DNA of 64,000 bases from an uncultured virus (IMG/VR IMGVR_UViG_3300025570_000010) (taxonomy: Duplodnaviria > Heunggongvirae > Uroviricota > Caudoviricetes > Schitoviridae). Of this stretch, positions 9,387 through 17,392 are shown piece by piece. Within the stretch, counting starts at the first letter, position 1. Every line of letters starts with the position of its first letter. The translations under genes and the position numbers were made by a program. The DNA lies in the IMG/VR virus record IMGVR_UViG_3300025570_000010. One strand, given 5' to 3'. The notes beneath the pieces were generated by a model, which saw only the letters and a program-made list of their open reading frames with translations, did no database searches and was not told the origin of the DNA.

Positions 9387-9789
9387 AGGTCATGATGGCG
9401 TTCTTCACCTGCTTTCGAGTGAGGATACCGCTGAGGTTCATGCCCTCGTAGATCTCGACGTATGAGTCCACACAGCGAGTCTGGATTCCTCCACAAAGAT
9501 CAAAAGACTTTGGGCATGAAACCAGAAGTGAGAGGAGCTGAAGGCCCGATGAACAGGCATCCAGTGAGATCATGTAACCTGATGGATCACCACGTTGGGT
9601 CATCTTGTAGGCAACTGCTGCTGCACGCAGACCAATTGGGTCTGAGGCTTTCTTGAAGAGCTTGGGGTCAGCCAAGTCGATCTCATGGAAGTGAGCGATA
9701 CGCTCGTCCCAAGTCTTCTTCTCATAGCTCTTGTCGTGTTTGCACGCGACTTCAGCCATGATGTATTCTTTGCCGGATAACATTTGCAT
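9387..9789 (-). CDS. RNAP2 exon 1
   Basis: Motif A ISLDACSSGLQ; motif B RKQVKNAIMT; AGGAGG RBS. Confidence 0.9.
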
Positions 9790-9800
9790 TCGGAGTCCTC

Positions 9801-10046
9801 CTACGGATCTTCGTTGATGTGAAAGTGCTTGTTGAGGCGACCATAGAACCTTTGCTTCTTGGTTCCTTGATCATATCCATTGCGATGGACGCATGGAGTG
9901 TGGCCAGTAGGCCGATCACGGTTCTTGGTGTTGAAGTCCCAAGGGTTGTTCTGGTAGCCATCCTTTCCCCGTTTGTTGGGGTTGGATGGATCTACCTTCG
10001 GCTTCTTGTTCCACCTCTTGCGTCGCTGCCAGAGGCGGGTCAGCAT
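9801..10046 (-). CDS. Hypothetical basic protein
   Basis: 81-aa ORF coupled to upstream stop. Confidence 0.55.
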   Translation of the reverse strand: MLTRLWQRRKRWNKKPKVDPSNPNKRGKDGYQNNPWDFNTKNRDRPTGHTPCVHRNGYDQGTKKQRFYGRLNKHFHINEDP

Positions 10047-10297
10047 CAGATGTCTCCCGGAGACCAGTAGTCCCAGGCACCCACTTCAGCTTCTTTGGCC
10101 TCTTGCACAGCCTCGTTGAAGGCCACTGCATTGGCTTCTTGTTCATCCAGCAGTTTGGCTGCCAGATTCCATGCCATACCTGCTGAAACAGCAGCTACAG
10201 CACGTTCTGAGCCTGTGTGAGCTTCGATCCAAGACATGAGAGACCCCATGTCATTGGGTGTGGCGAAAATCTCGTTGGGTTTGATGGGATTGGTCAT
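10046..10297 (-). CDS. Hypothetical protein
   Basis: ORF MTNPIKPNEIFATP..., in operon. Confidence 0.6.
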   Translation of the reverse strand: MTNPIKPNEIFATPNDMGSLMSWIEAHTGSERAVAAVSAGMAWNLAAKLLDEQEANAVAFNEAVQEAKEAEVGAWDYWSPGDI

Positions 10298-10310
10298 CGT
10301 TTTTCTCTTT

Positions 10311-10517
10311 TCATGCTTTGGTGATGTGGGTGGAATTGTAGATGCAATAGTCATTTGCATCTCTGTTGAATGGTACTCCATTTTCGATGAGAAAATCAGG
10401 AGTCACTGCAAGGAACTTTTCACGCCAAGGATCCCAGAAGATGACACGAACACGGTCGTTCATATCACCTTCTGCCATTTTATCCTGAGCTTCTTGGTGC
10501 TGCTCTACCATATTCAC
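10311..10517 (-). CDS. Hypothetical protein
   Basis: 68-aa ORF overlapping the upstream stop. Confidence 0.55.
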   Translation of the reverse strand: MNMVEQHQEAQDKMAEGDMNDRVRVIFWDPWREKFLAVTPDFLIENGVPFNRDANDYCIYNSTHITKA

Positions 10518-11044
10518 TTCTTATGTTTCTTTCTCTTGGCTCTGAGTGCAGCACGTTTTGCATCACTCGGAGGGGTTGAAGAACCCTTTTCAGGGATTGG
10601 TTGGGACCAGTACATCTTTTTTGGTCCGTCTCGTTCAGATCCTTCCTTGTCTGTGGCTGCCCGGCCATACCCAAGCCAGTAGCCTTCAGGCTTGATGTGA
10701 AGACCCTCGTCCATGATGATCGAGTCGATTCTCTGTCCACCATACATCTCATGGAATGGTACTGATCTTCGAGAAAAGCGACCGGTCATTGTACCTTCAA
10801 AGGACTCAGACATCATCAGCTTCATGATCTCTTTCTGCCAAGAGTCGAAGCCAAAGAGTTTGCCTTCTTCAATAGCAAGTCTTTTTGGTTGCTTGGCAGA
10901 GATTTCAGGACGGAGTTGACCATGACGGTATCTTCCAGCTTTGATGTCGGCTTTGACCTCCTCAGAGATCCTTCGGAGTCGTGCTTCGAACGACTCCTCG
11001 GTCTCTTCTTCGCTGAAAGCGTTGATGTCATCTTGTGTGATCAT
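10514..11044 (-). CDS. Hypothetical protein
   Basis: 176-aa ORF with ATGA coupling, AAAGGTG RBS. Confidence 0.65.
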   Translation of the reverse strand: MITQDDINAFSEEETEESFEARLRRISEEVKADIKAGRYRHGQLRPEISAKQPKRLAIEEGKLFGFDSWQKEIMKLMMSESFEGTMTGRFSRRSVPFHEMYGGQRIDSIIMDEGLHIKPEGYWLGYGRAATDKEGSERDGPKKMYWSQPIPEKGSSTPPSDAKRAALRAKRKKHKK

Positions 11045-11163
11045 GTTTCACCTTTGGATTGTTTCACCGCATGGGTGATGGTTGCGATGAAGATATGAGC
11101 TTTCTGCTGAGAGTTCTCATCCAGTTTGTCGAAGACGATCAGTTGTCCCTGAAACCAGATCAT
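11041..11163 (-). CDS. Small hypothetical protein (40 aa)
   Basis: Read by eye: MIWFQGQLIVFDKL...; ATGA overlaps at both ends. Confidence 0.5.
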   Translation of the reverse strand: MIWFQGQLIVFDKLDENSQQKAHIFIATITHAVKQSKGET

Positions 11164-11324
11164 ATATCGAATTCCCAGTGGCAGAGAAGCAGGAAGAAAA
11201 ACAACCAGAGCATTTCATAGGTTGCTCGTGTGTACTCTTCGTTGTGTTCTGCACCAAGGACGATGATCATTTGAATCACCGTCACAAGGAACAATCCAAA
11301 TCTGTAAAGAGTGTTGAAGGTCAT
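11160..11324 (-). CDS. Small putative membrane protein (54 aa)
   Basis: Read by eye: MTFNTLYRFGLFLVTVIQMIIVLG...MLWLFFFLLL; ATGA overlap with RNAP1 stop; GAGGTG RBS. Confidence 0.55.
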   Translation of the reverse strand: MTFNTLYRFGLFLVTVIQMIIVLGAEHNEEYTRATYEMLWLFFFLLLCHWEFDI

Positions 11325-12121
11325 GAGATCACCTCTTTCTTGGCTAGTTGGAGCACAGCTTTGTTGTAGTCAGTGCCTTGAGAGTTGACATGATAAGCGG
11401 ATGCGTAGCACCGGCCTCGACGGTCGAATTTGTGGGTGAGAAACAATTCATCAGACAAGTTGTGGATTGTTTCCATTACATCGACAGACGTTGCATAGAA
11501 GATGTCAGCTTGTTTCTGACGCTTCCTGAAGTCTGCGAAGTCCTCACCTGGGTTCCTTGTTGGACGGATGTATTTCCCCTCTTCGGAGTAGACAACATCC
11601 ATGTTGAGGGAGAGAGCGACTGAGTTCGCCCGGTTGAGATGGTCGAGACACATGTCTTTGTCATCAAAGTAATCAGACCCATTCAGAACGACTGACCCTT
11701 TCACGGTGTAGTAGCCGGTCTGGAAGTTGTGTTTGATCTGCTTGGGTGGAATGACCATCGGCAGTGGATACTGGTAACGATCCAGCATTTCCTGCACGTC
11801 TTCACTCACGTCAAACTTGACGATGAATTTTTGGCTCGACTCCTGAAAGTCGAGATAGTCGATCTCACACAACAGGAGCAGTTTATCTGCCACATACTGA
11901 GGAGTGCCGAATTTCGGGGACAGGATCCCAACCATTGTCGGGACATCTGCTTGACGATGGAGATAAATCTGGGCCAGAGCCTCAGTTGCCATCGCTGGTT
12001 CAGTGACCAGTTGGTCATCTCCCATCTCTCGGAATTGATCCCGGAGAACAGCCAGAAGCTGATGTTTGGAGAACAACTCTTCCAGCCCAGTTTGGGTGTC
12101 TTTTGAGGGTATTTTTGTCAC
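11321..12121 (-). CDS. RNA polymerase II subunit 1 (N4 gp15-like RNAP1)
   Basis: YQYPLPMVIPP; HKFDRRGRCY...HVNSQG (DxxGR motif); 266 aa. Confidence 0.92.
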   Translation of the reverse strand: MTKIPSKDTQTGLEELFSKHQLLAVLRDQFREMGDDQLVTEPAMATEALAQIYLHRQADVPTMVGILSPKFGTPQYVADKLLLLCEIDYLDFQESSQKFIVKFDVSEDVQEMLDRYQYPLPMVIPPKQIKHNFQTGYYTVKGSVVLNGSDYFDDKDMCLDHLNRANSVALSLNMDVVYSEEGKYIRPTRNPGEDFADFRKRQKQADIFYATSVDVMETIHNLSDELFLTHKFDRRGRCYASAYHVNSQGTDYNKAVLQLAKKEVIS

Positions 12122-12225
12122 AGTTAGTCTCCAGTCTGGATGAGGTGAAAAAGTTCAAAAAGTTGAACTTCCAGTTTCACGTTGTTGATGTTGGAAAGTT
12201 GAACGGATTTGCACTGCAAACACCG

Positions 12226-12243
12226 CAAAGACGCCGCAGGCGT
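12226..12243 (-). promoter_or_regulatory. vRNAP hairpin promoter upstream of RNAP1
   Basis: Template (+) strand CAAAG-ACGCC-GCA-GGCGT, N4-type spacing puts +1 at C12226. Confidence 0.8.
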
Positions 12244-12270
12244 TGCGTAAACAGAGTCAATCTATCTTAG

Positions 12271-12311
12271 AAAAAAGCTCCCAACCTCACCATTGCTGAT
12301 GAGGTTGGAAG
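12271..12311 (-). terminator. Rho-independent terminator after gp2-like gene
   Basis: CCAACCTCA/TGAGGTTGG stem plus T6. Confidence 0.75.
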
Positions 12312-12320
12312 TTGTTCGAC

Positions 12321-12710
12321 TTAGCCGAACAGTTCGTCGTCGATGGCCTTCGCATCCGACTTGGCAACAGGTGCCACGGCTGCTTCTTCCTGACGACGGT
12401 AGAGGACCAGCGGAAGGTTGATGACAACCATCTCGCCTTCCTCCAGCGTGAGAGCACGAGCCTGAATGCGTTCCAGACGTTCGTTCAAGAGCTGCTGCTC
12501 TGCTGCGAAGTCAGGGTCCATGGACTCGTACAGTTTCCGAGGCTTCAGATCCGACAGAGCGATGCCACGGTTGAACCGGACGTGCTTCTTGTCTTCCTCG
12601 GTGCCAACGAAGATGCCTGGATTGATCCAGATGCCTTCGAACTCGTCAGCTTCCTGAGTGGTGGGAGCTGCACGACGGGCTTTCGAAGCGATAGATGTGA
12701 TAACGGTCAT
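12321..12710 (-). CDS. N4 gp2-like ssDNA-binding activator of RNAP II
   Basis: IWINPG...GIAL...LEEGEMVVINLPLVLYRR resembles gp2 family; size and position after an early promoter. Confidence 0.7.
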   Translation of the reverse strand: MTVITSIASKARRAAPTTQEADEFEGIWINPGIFVGTEEDKKHVRFNRGIALSDLKPRKLYESMDPDFAAEQQLLNERLERIQARALTLEEGEMVVINLPLVLYRRQEEAAVAPVAKSDAKAIDDELFG

Positions 12711-12772
12711 TGGTGTGATCCTTTCAAGATTCACGGTCTGATGGGATTATTCCCGTAGGTTCCTCATGAACC

Positions 12773-12791
12773 CAAAGCAGCCGCAGGCTGC
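12773..12791 (-). promoter_or_regulatory. vRNAP hairpin promoter upstream of gp2-like gene
   Basis: Template CAAA-GCAGCC-GCA-GGCTGC, +1 at C12773. Confidence 0.82.
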
Positions 12792-12850
12792 CCTTTTGGA
12801 GCAACCTCTCCAACCCTGTGTAAGGGCAGAGAGGAAGCACCATTCTGGAG

Positions 12851-13060
12851 TCAGAGAGTTTCACCACCTATGATGCCAACTGGCATACAGAACAGGTGAC
12901 GAGGCAGATTCTGACTGTGTTCGTCGATCCACGTCTTTGCGTCGGAGCATTGTTCTGCTTCGTCGTAGATGCCCAATGGGATGGCATAGTTCATGACGTG
13001 GTCGTCAGTTGGGCTTGGTGCTGCCATCAGCACGTAGAACAGGATGAGTGGTTCAAGCAT
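12851..13060 (-). CDS. Early hypothetical protein, hydrophobic N-terminus
   Basis: MLEPLILFYVLMAA...; two Cys. Confidence 0.55.
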   Translation of the reverse strand: MLEPLILFYVLMAAPSPTDDHVMNYAIPLGIYDEAEQCSDAKTWIDEHSQNLPRHLFCMPVGIIGGETL

Positions 13061-13313
13061 TTTTAGGGAACCTTTCGAAATGTGATTCAAGAACAGTGTT
13101 CTTGACAGTGATGAGTTCAAGAAGGATGCCATCTTGCCAGCTTGTCATTGTGCTGGTTACCTGGACAACACGAACTTCAGCGTCCCCAAAGGGATCGCTG
13201 AGTTTGTAGGCTTTGTCGATGGCCACATCACGCATTGTTGGGCCATATTCTGCGAAGACCTCCCACCCGGTACGGTGGAAGAATCTTACGATGAAGTTGA
13301 TTTTAGATGTCAT
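13053..13313 (-). CDS. Early hypothetical protein
   Basis: GAGGAG RBS, overlapping operon. Confidence 0.6.
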   Translation of the reverse strand: MTSKINFIVRFFHRTGWEVFAEYGPTMRDVAIDKAYKLSDPFGDAEVRVVQVTSTMTSWQDGILLELITVKNTVLESHFERFPKNA

Positions 13314-13530
13314 CGTCTGTGTCCTCCTCTTCGGGGATGATGGTGATCAGATACACTGGTACGTGAATCTGTTCTCGGCCCTGACGTGCAACAGTTTCTT
13401 CGATGTTGATCACGCAGTCCCAATCACCTTCGACAGAGAAGCCTTCTGCTTCCATGCCTTTGAAGATGATTGCTTTCAGACGTTCTGGTGTGAACGTCAG
13501 TTTCAACGGTTGTTGCTTAGGCTTTGACAT
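13303..13530 (-). CDS. Early hypothetical protein
   Basis: GAGGT RBS, overlapping operon. Confidence 0.6.
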   Translation of the reverse strand: MSKPKQQPLKLTFTPERLKAIIFKGMEAEGFSVEGDWDCVINIEETVARQGREQIHVPVYLITIIPEEEDTDDDI

Positions 13531-13723
13531 TGTCGAGTACCTCAATTTGTTGGACATAAGGGAGTTGGCAGAGCCAGTTCATATGGTCTTCGACCTCATG
13601 AAATGCTCCGGGAACACAGTCCAAGATGACTGTGACTTTCAGTTCCACACGTTTGTGGATTGGTGAGAGTTTCCCCTCAAAGAAGGCGTAACCTTCTGTG
13701 TTCAGCTTTGGTTCAGTTACCAT
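13517..13723 (-). CDS. Early hypothetical protein
   Basis: GGAGGT RBS; ILDCVPGAFH motif. Confidence 0.6.
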   Translation of the reverse strand: MVTEPKLNTEGYAFFEGKLSPIHKRVELKVTVILDCVPGAFHEVEDHMNWLCQLPYVQQIEVLDNVKA

Positions 13724-13862
13724 TGCGTAGTACCTCCACTTGTTGAAGTTGCATGATCAACTGCATGTCAATTGTGTTGGTCATGGCTTTGGTTATGAAC
13801 GGTCCTCCCAGCGCCACGAGTGTGACGCTGAGTAGGATTGTGAAGATCCATTGATGTATCAC
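13713..13862 (-). CDS. Early small membrane protein
   Basis: GTG start after AAGGAG; one hydrophobic segment. Confidence 0.5.
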   Translation of the reverse strand: MIHQWIFTILLSVTLVALGGPFITKAMTNTIDMQLIMQLQQVEVLRNGN

Positions 13863-14083
13863 CAGGGAGTCTCCTTGTAGAAGCAGTCGCAATCTACGCT
13901 CCACTTGAGAGAGATGAGAAGTTCAACTTCGTCCAGTTGCTCAGACATGGACTCTATGTCGTTGACAAGCTCAGGATCGTCCTCCTCATGGTTGCCGGTC
14001 AACATATTGTCACAGCAGTGGATGTCTTCCATCAGTTGAGCATGAAGTTGCTTCAGTGTGCGGTTGTCAGTGAAGAGGGTCAT
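13859..14083 (-). CDS. Early hypothetical acidic protein
   Basis: AAAGGA RBS, 74 aa. Confidence 0.6.
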   Translation of the reverse strand: MTLFTDNRTLKQLHAQLMEDIHCCDNMLTGNHEEDDPELVNDIESMSEQLDEVELLISLKWSVDCDCFYKETPW

Positions 14084-14178
14084 CGGACCATCCTTTCTAT
14101 CTGTCAGGTTTCTATCAGTAGCGAAGCCTCCGACGCCTCCACAGGGGAGACGCCGGAGTTCGTACCGAACCGAAGTTG

Positions 14179-14430
14179 TTACCAGTTGGCGACGACTGAG
14201 TCGTACTGAGCTTTCAGACTCGCGGATGCGTTGAGTTCTTGTGCGATGTCTTCGTTGAATCGCGCTACGCTGAGTTGTGCTGAAGTGGTTGTGGTTTTGG
14301 TGATACGTTTGTGGTTTTCAGCTACATAGTGGTTAGCGATGTCGAGTCCGTTCCCCACTGTCTCCACTGTAGCAGTGGCAGTGTTGAAGGTAGTTTGAAC
14401 GAATTTTGATGCAGTGCTCCAGATGGACAT
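14179..14430 (-). CDS. First early gene (N4 gp1 position)
   Basis: AGGAG RBS; directly downstream of the outermost hairpin promoter. Confidence 0.65.
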   Translation of the reverse strand: MSIWSTASKFVQTTFNTATATVETVGNGLDIANHYVAENHKRITKTTTTSAQLSVARFNEDIAQELNASASLKAQYDSVVANW

Positions 14431-14483
14431 GATGTGTCTCCTAGCTAGGGTTGAGGTGTGTGTGAGCATGGTGGTCATGCTGC

Positions 14484-14502
14484 TATAGCAGCCGCAGGCT
14501 GT
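14484..14502 (-). promoter_or_regulatory. vRNAP hairpin promoter, outermost
   Basis: Template CAGCC-GCA-GGCTG at 14489-14501. Confidence 0.75.
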
Positions 14503-14509
14503 AGCAACG

Positions 14510-15128
14510 GTGGATACAGAGCGTGTAACGTTGAAGGGGGGGATAGTGTAACGTGGAGAATGAAGACCGGGGGGGTAGTCTCATGCGTGTAACTCCAGTG
14601 TACAAAACAACCTACCTCTCTCGATACATACAACATTTTCCAAATATAAATTTTGAAAAAATCCCCTCTATGCGTTCCAGATCATATGGGGAGTTTATGA
14701 CCCATGAGCCATATTCCGGGGTCTTATCTTACCCATTCCCTGGATGATCTCGACAATCCAAATACCTCGTTGAAATCCCTCAGATACGAACTCTTCCGCC
14801 TGCGGCTCCAGAGTTCCTATCTTCGGCATGTTCAACTCGGTAGTGAATTCTATTCCCTGGATTGTCGAGGAGGGTATTCGGTGAATGCCCGACGAGCTTG
14901 TGTGGGTTTCTCGCGCAAGCCTTTTGTCTGTTTACAGACATACCTTGGCCAAGCGTATCCCCCTAGAGCCGGGCCGACCCTGCTCCGAGGTATGGATTTT
15001 GGGAGGGGGCGTGTCAAGTTTTGGAAACAGGAAGATCTCCTGCAAATTTATCATGTGACGCAAGATTCTCCCGTTCCTGGTTCAGATCGCAGTGATTTGT
15101 CCTGCGTGATAAACAAAATGCAGGAGGA
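14510..15128. other. Non-coding divergence region; probable genome end / direct terminal repeat
   Basis: Early genes diverge left and late genes right, as expected across the ends of an N4-like genome; G7 runs and inverted repeats. Confidence 0.55.
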
Positions 15129-15157
15129 TTGACTTATTTTCATGGCTCACCTAAGTG
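15129..15157 (+). promoter_or_regulatory. Sigma70-like promoter for tRNA-Met
   Basis: TTGACT-N17-TAAGTG just before the tRNA. Confidence 0.5.
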
Positions 15158-15162
15158 GGGGG

Positions 15163-15236
15163 TGCGAGCTGGTGTAACGGGAACATGTCAGATTCATGCT
15201 TTGACGCTAGGGGTTCGACTCCCCTGCTCGCAACCA
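15163..15236 (+). tRNA. tRNA with CAT anticodon (Met, or Ile2 if lysidine-modified)
   Basis: TGCGAGC/GCTCGCA acceptor stem, loop TT-CAT-GC, GGTTCGACTCC T arm, encoded CCA. Confidence 0.88.
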
Positions 15237-15329
15237 AAGGATTATTTTGATAGGTAGGTGAATTGGTCGGGTATCGGCCTGTCTCTTTTGATGATATAAT
15301 AAGTCACCACTAAATTAATGGAGAGCTAC

Positions 15330-16751
15330 ATGAGACACGACTTAATCAACCCGATGATGCCTGCGCTGAATTTCAAACAGAACATGGCGATGGGCGCGGC
15401 TGAAGATATTATAGGATGGATAGATGATCGACTAACCGAGATTTCTTATGATTGGTTCGGACTAGAGCCTGTTGTAGGTGCATATGATTATCGCTTTGAA
15501 AGCTACATTCCTGATAACATCTTTTACCCGACCTCACTTGAAGATATTGCAGAATATGAGGCGGAAATAGAAGCTATTTTTGGTAACAGTAATACAACAT
15601 GGTATGATGATACGGCAAGTTTATTTGAAAATACATTTGACGGTGTTACATGGAATACAAACAATAGCCCAGGTGCTGATTGGTCAAATTATCGCAGCAG
15701 TATTGGTTTCGGACTTGATCAAGAACAGACCATCACGACGACAACCAAGCTGGCGTCTCACACTAACTATTATGACAATGGAATGTATTCGATAGAAGTG
15801 ACGGCCAGCTACTCAGACGGAACGTCTCATACATATACCAATACCTACGAAGTCGCTTTCTTGTTGAGCGAATATCAGACGGAAATGTCGTCCTACACTT
15901 TTGCCAATGATTCCGCTAACACGATAGATACCATATCAACAGTAGGCGCTATAATTGTTGGCGGCGGCGGAAACGACTCACTGACTGGCAACGTAGGAAA
16001 TGATCGCCTTATAGGTAATCATGGTGATGATAGCCTTCTTGGTGGTGATGGGAACGATGCTCTTTACGGCCAAGATGGTGATGATTATCTCGGTGGTGGC
16101 AATGGTATAGATGTTATTGTCGGAGGTTTGGGTAACGATACGATGTATGGTAGTGACGGCGCTGATGGTATTCGTGGCGGTTTAGGTAACGACCTTGCTT
16201 ATGGCGGCGATGCGAATGATGTCGTCATTGGTAACGAGGGGAATGATTACTTGTCGGGCGGCAACGGCAACGACACTGTTTATGGCAACGATGGCAATGA
16301 CGAAATCTACGGCAATGGCGGCGCTGATCTTGTTTACGGCGGTGGCTGGGCTGATACAATATACGGCGGTGGTGGCAATGACGAAATCTGGGGTGGTGGC
16401 GGAAACGACAATGTAGGGGGTGCCGATGGCGACGACACGCTGAGTGGTGGTTCGGGTAATGATACGCTAAATGGCGGCACCGGAACGGATTATCTGACTG
16501 GTGGCACTGGTGCAGATACCTTTGTGTTTGGTTATGCCTTCTACAAAGGCTTCATCACGGACTTCGATCCTACCTCTGGTGATGTAATCGACTTGACCAA
16601 CGCTTCTGGTATCACAAGCTATGCCGACTTGGTTTCGAACCATATGATCCAAAACGGCGCTGATCTTAAAATCAGCGACGACAGTGGCAATTCCTTCTAT
16701 ATCGAGGACGTGCTGATGTCCGATCTTTACGCCAACGACTTTATCATCTGA
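15330..16751 (+). CDS. RTX-type (hemolysin-type) Ca2+-binding repeat protein
   Basis: 21 tandem GGxGxDxUx-type nonapeptides (15960-16526); acidic C-terminus ending DFII; GGAGAG RBS before ATG 15330, TATAAT at 15295. Confidence 0.9.
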   Translation: MRHDLINPMMPALNFKQNMAMGAAEDIIGWIDDRLTEISYDWFGLEPVVGAYDYRFESYIPDNIFYPTSLEDIAEYEAEIEAIFGNSNTTWYDDTASLFENTFDGVTWNTNNSPGADWSNYRSSIGFGLDQEQTITTTTKLASHTNYYDNGMYSIEVTASYSDGTSHTYTNTYEVAFLLSEYQTEMSSYTFANDSANTIDTISTVGAIIVGGGGNDSLTGNVGNDRLIGNHGDDSLLGGDGNDALYGQDGDDYLGGGNGIDVIVGGLGNDTMYGSDGADGIRGGLGNDLAYGGDANDVVIGNEGNDYLSGGNGNDTVYGNDGNDEIYGNGGADLVYGGGWADTIYGGGGNDEIWGGGGNDNVGGADGDDTLSGGSGNDTLNGGTGTDYLTGGTGADTFVFGYAFYKGFITDFDPTSGDVIDLTNASGITSYADLVSNHMIQNGADLKISDDSGNSFYIEDVLMSDLYANDFII

Positions 16752-16772
16752 TCTGGTCGAACCACATTAAGA

Positions 16773-16805
16773 AAGAGAGCGGCGTTCTATGATGCCGCTC
16801 TTCTC
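16773..16805. terminator. Hairpin terminator between convergent RTX gene and tRNA operon
   Basis: AGAGCGGCGT/ATGCCGCTCT stem. Confidence 0.65.
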
Positions 16806-16825
16806 AAAGTGACCCTTGGAAGGTC

Positions 16826-16900
16826 TGGTGTGACAGGATGGAATCGAACCACCGACGCTCTGGCCTTCAACCAGACGCTCTACCCCTGAGCTACTGTCAC
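16826..16900 (-). tRNA. tRNA-Phe(GAA)
   Basis: GTGACAG acceptor stem, TCTGG-TTGAAGG-CCAGA anticodon arm, CCA. Confidence 0.92.
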
Positions 16901-16998
16901 AATTTGTATTGGCTTAGGTGCCTATGATTCCTTTCTTCATCACACAGTATTCTCGCACTGAGGCTGTCCCCCATGTAGGTGGAGGGGCGGTCCTAACT

Positions 16999-17072
16999 TG
17001 GTGTACCGGCTGGGAATCGAACCCAGGTCGCAGGCTTAAAAGGCCCATGCTAAACCACTCAGCTACCGGTAC
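16999..17072 (-). tRNA. tRNA-Lys(TTT)
   Basis: GTACCGG acceptor stem, loop CT-TTT-AA, CCA. Confidence 0.9.
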
Positions 17073-17078
17073 ATTCTT

Positions 17079-17154
17079 TGGTTGAGGATACTGGGATCGA
17101 ACCAGTGACATTACGATTATCGGTCGCACGCTCTACCTACTGAGCTAATCCTCA
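17079..17154 (-). tRNA. tRNA-Ile(GAT)
   Basis: TGAGGAT acceptor stem, loop CC-GAT-AA, CCA. Confidence 0.92.
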
Positions 17155-17166
17155 ACGAAAGAATGT

Positions 17167-17243
17167 TGGTGCCGCCACGAGGCATCGAACCCCGGACCTT
17201 CTGCTTACAAGACAGTTGCTCTACCAAACTGAGCTATGACGGC
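17167..17243 (-). tRNA. tRNA-Thr(TGT)
   Basis: GCCGTCA acceptor stem, loop CT-TGT-AA, CCA. Confidence 0.92.
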
Positions 17244-17363
17244 ATAAGGGGAAGGGAATCTTTCGTATTCATCTGCTCCCCCAGAGGGCGAGCACGACTG
17301 CTCACCCAGTTAGACTGGTTGATTGGGCCGCGTAAACTGATGAATAATCTTTTCCATGGGGAA

Positions 17364-17392
17364 TCTTTACTTCCTTGGTTCAGGCTCGTCAA
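17364..17392 (-). promoter_or_regulatory. Sigma70-like promoter for the tRNA operon
   Basis: TTGACG-N17-TAAAGA with T-rich upstream element. Confidence 0.55.

Noticed and set aside
6797..9789. RNAP2 pseudogene or stop-codon recoding
   Set aside because: Fragments are separated by 852- and 959-nt inserts with complete group I cores, and splicing restores the frame
14119..14128. GCGAAGC mini-hairpin as a fourth vRNAP promoter
   Set aside because: Two-bp stem and no match to the GCC-GCA-GGC consensus
14553..15132. Plus-strand ORFs in the terminal region
   Set aside because: No good RBS or protein-like features; region is dominated by repeats and hairpins
15960..16526. 27-bp periodicity as CRISPR or DNA tandem repeat
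   Set aside because: Periodicity is at protein level (RTX nonapeptides); no identical repeats with spacers
15163..17243. Prophage att site at the tRNAs
   Set aside because: No integrase, no duplicated tRNA 3' end, phage genes on both sides
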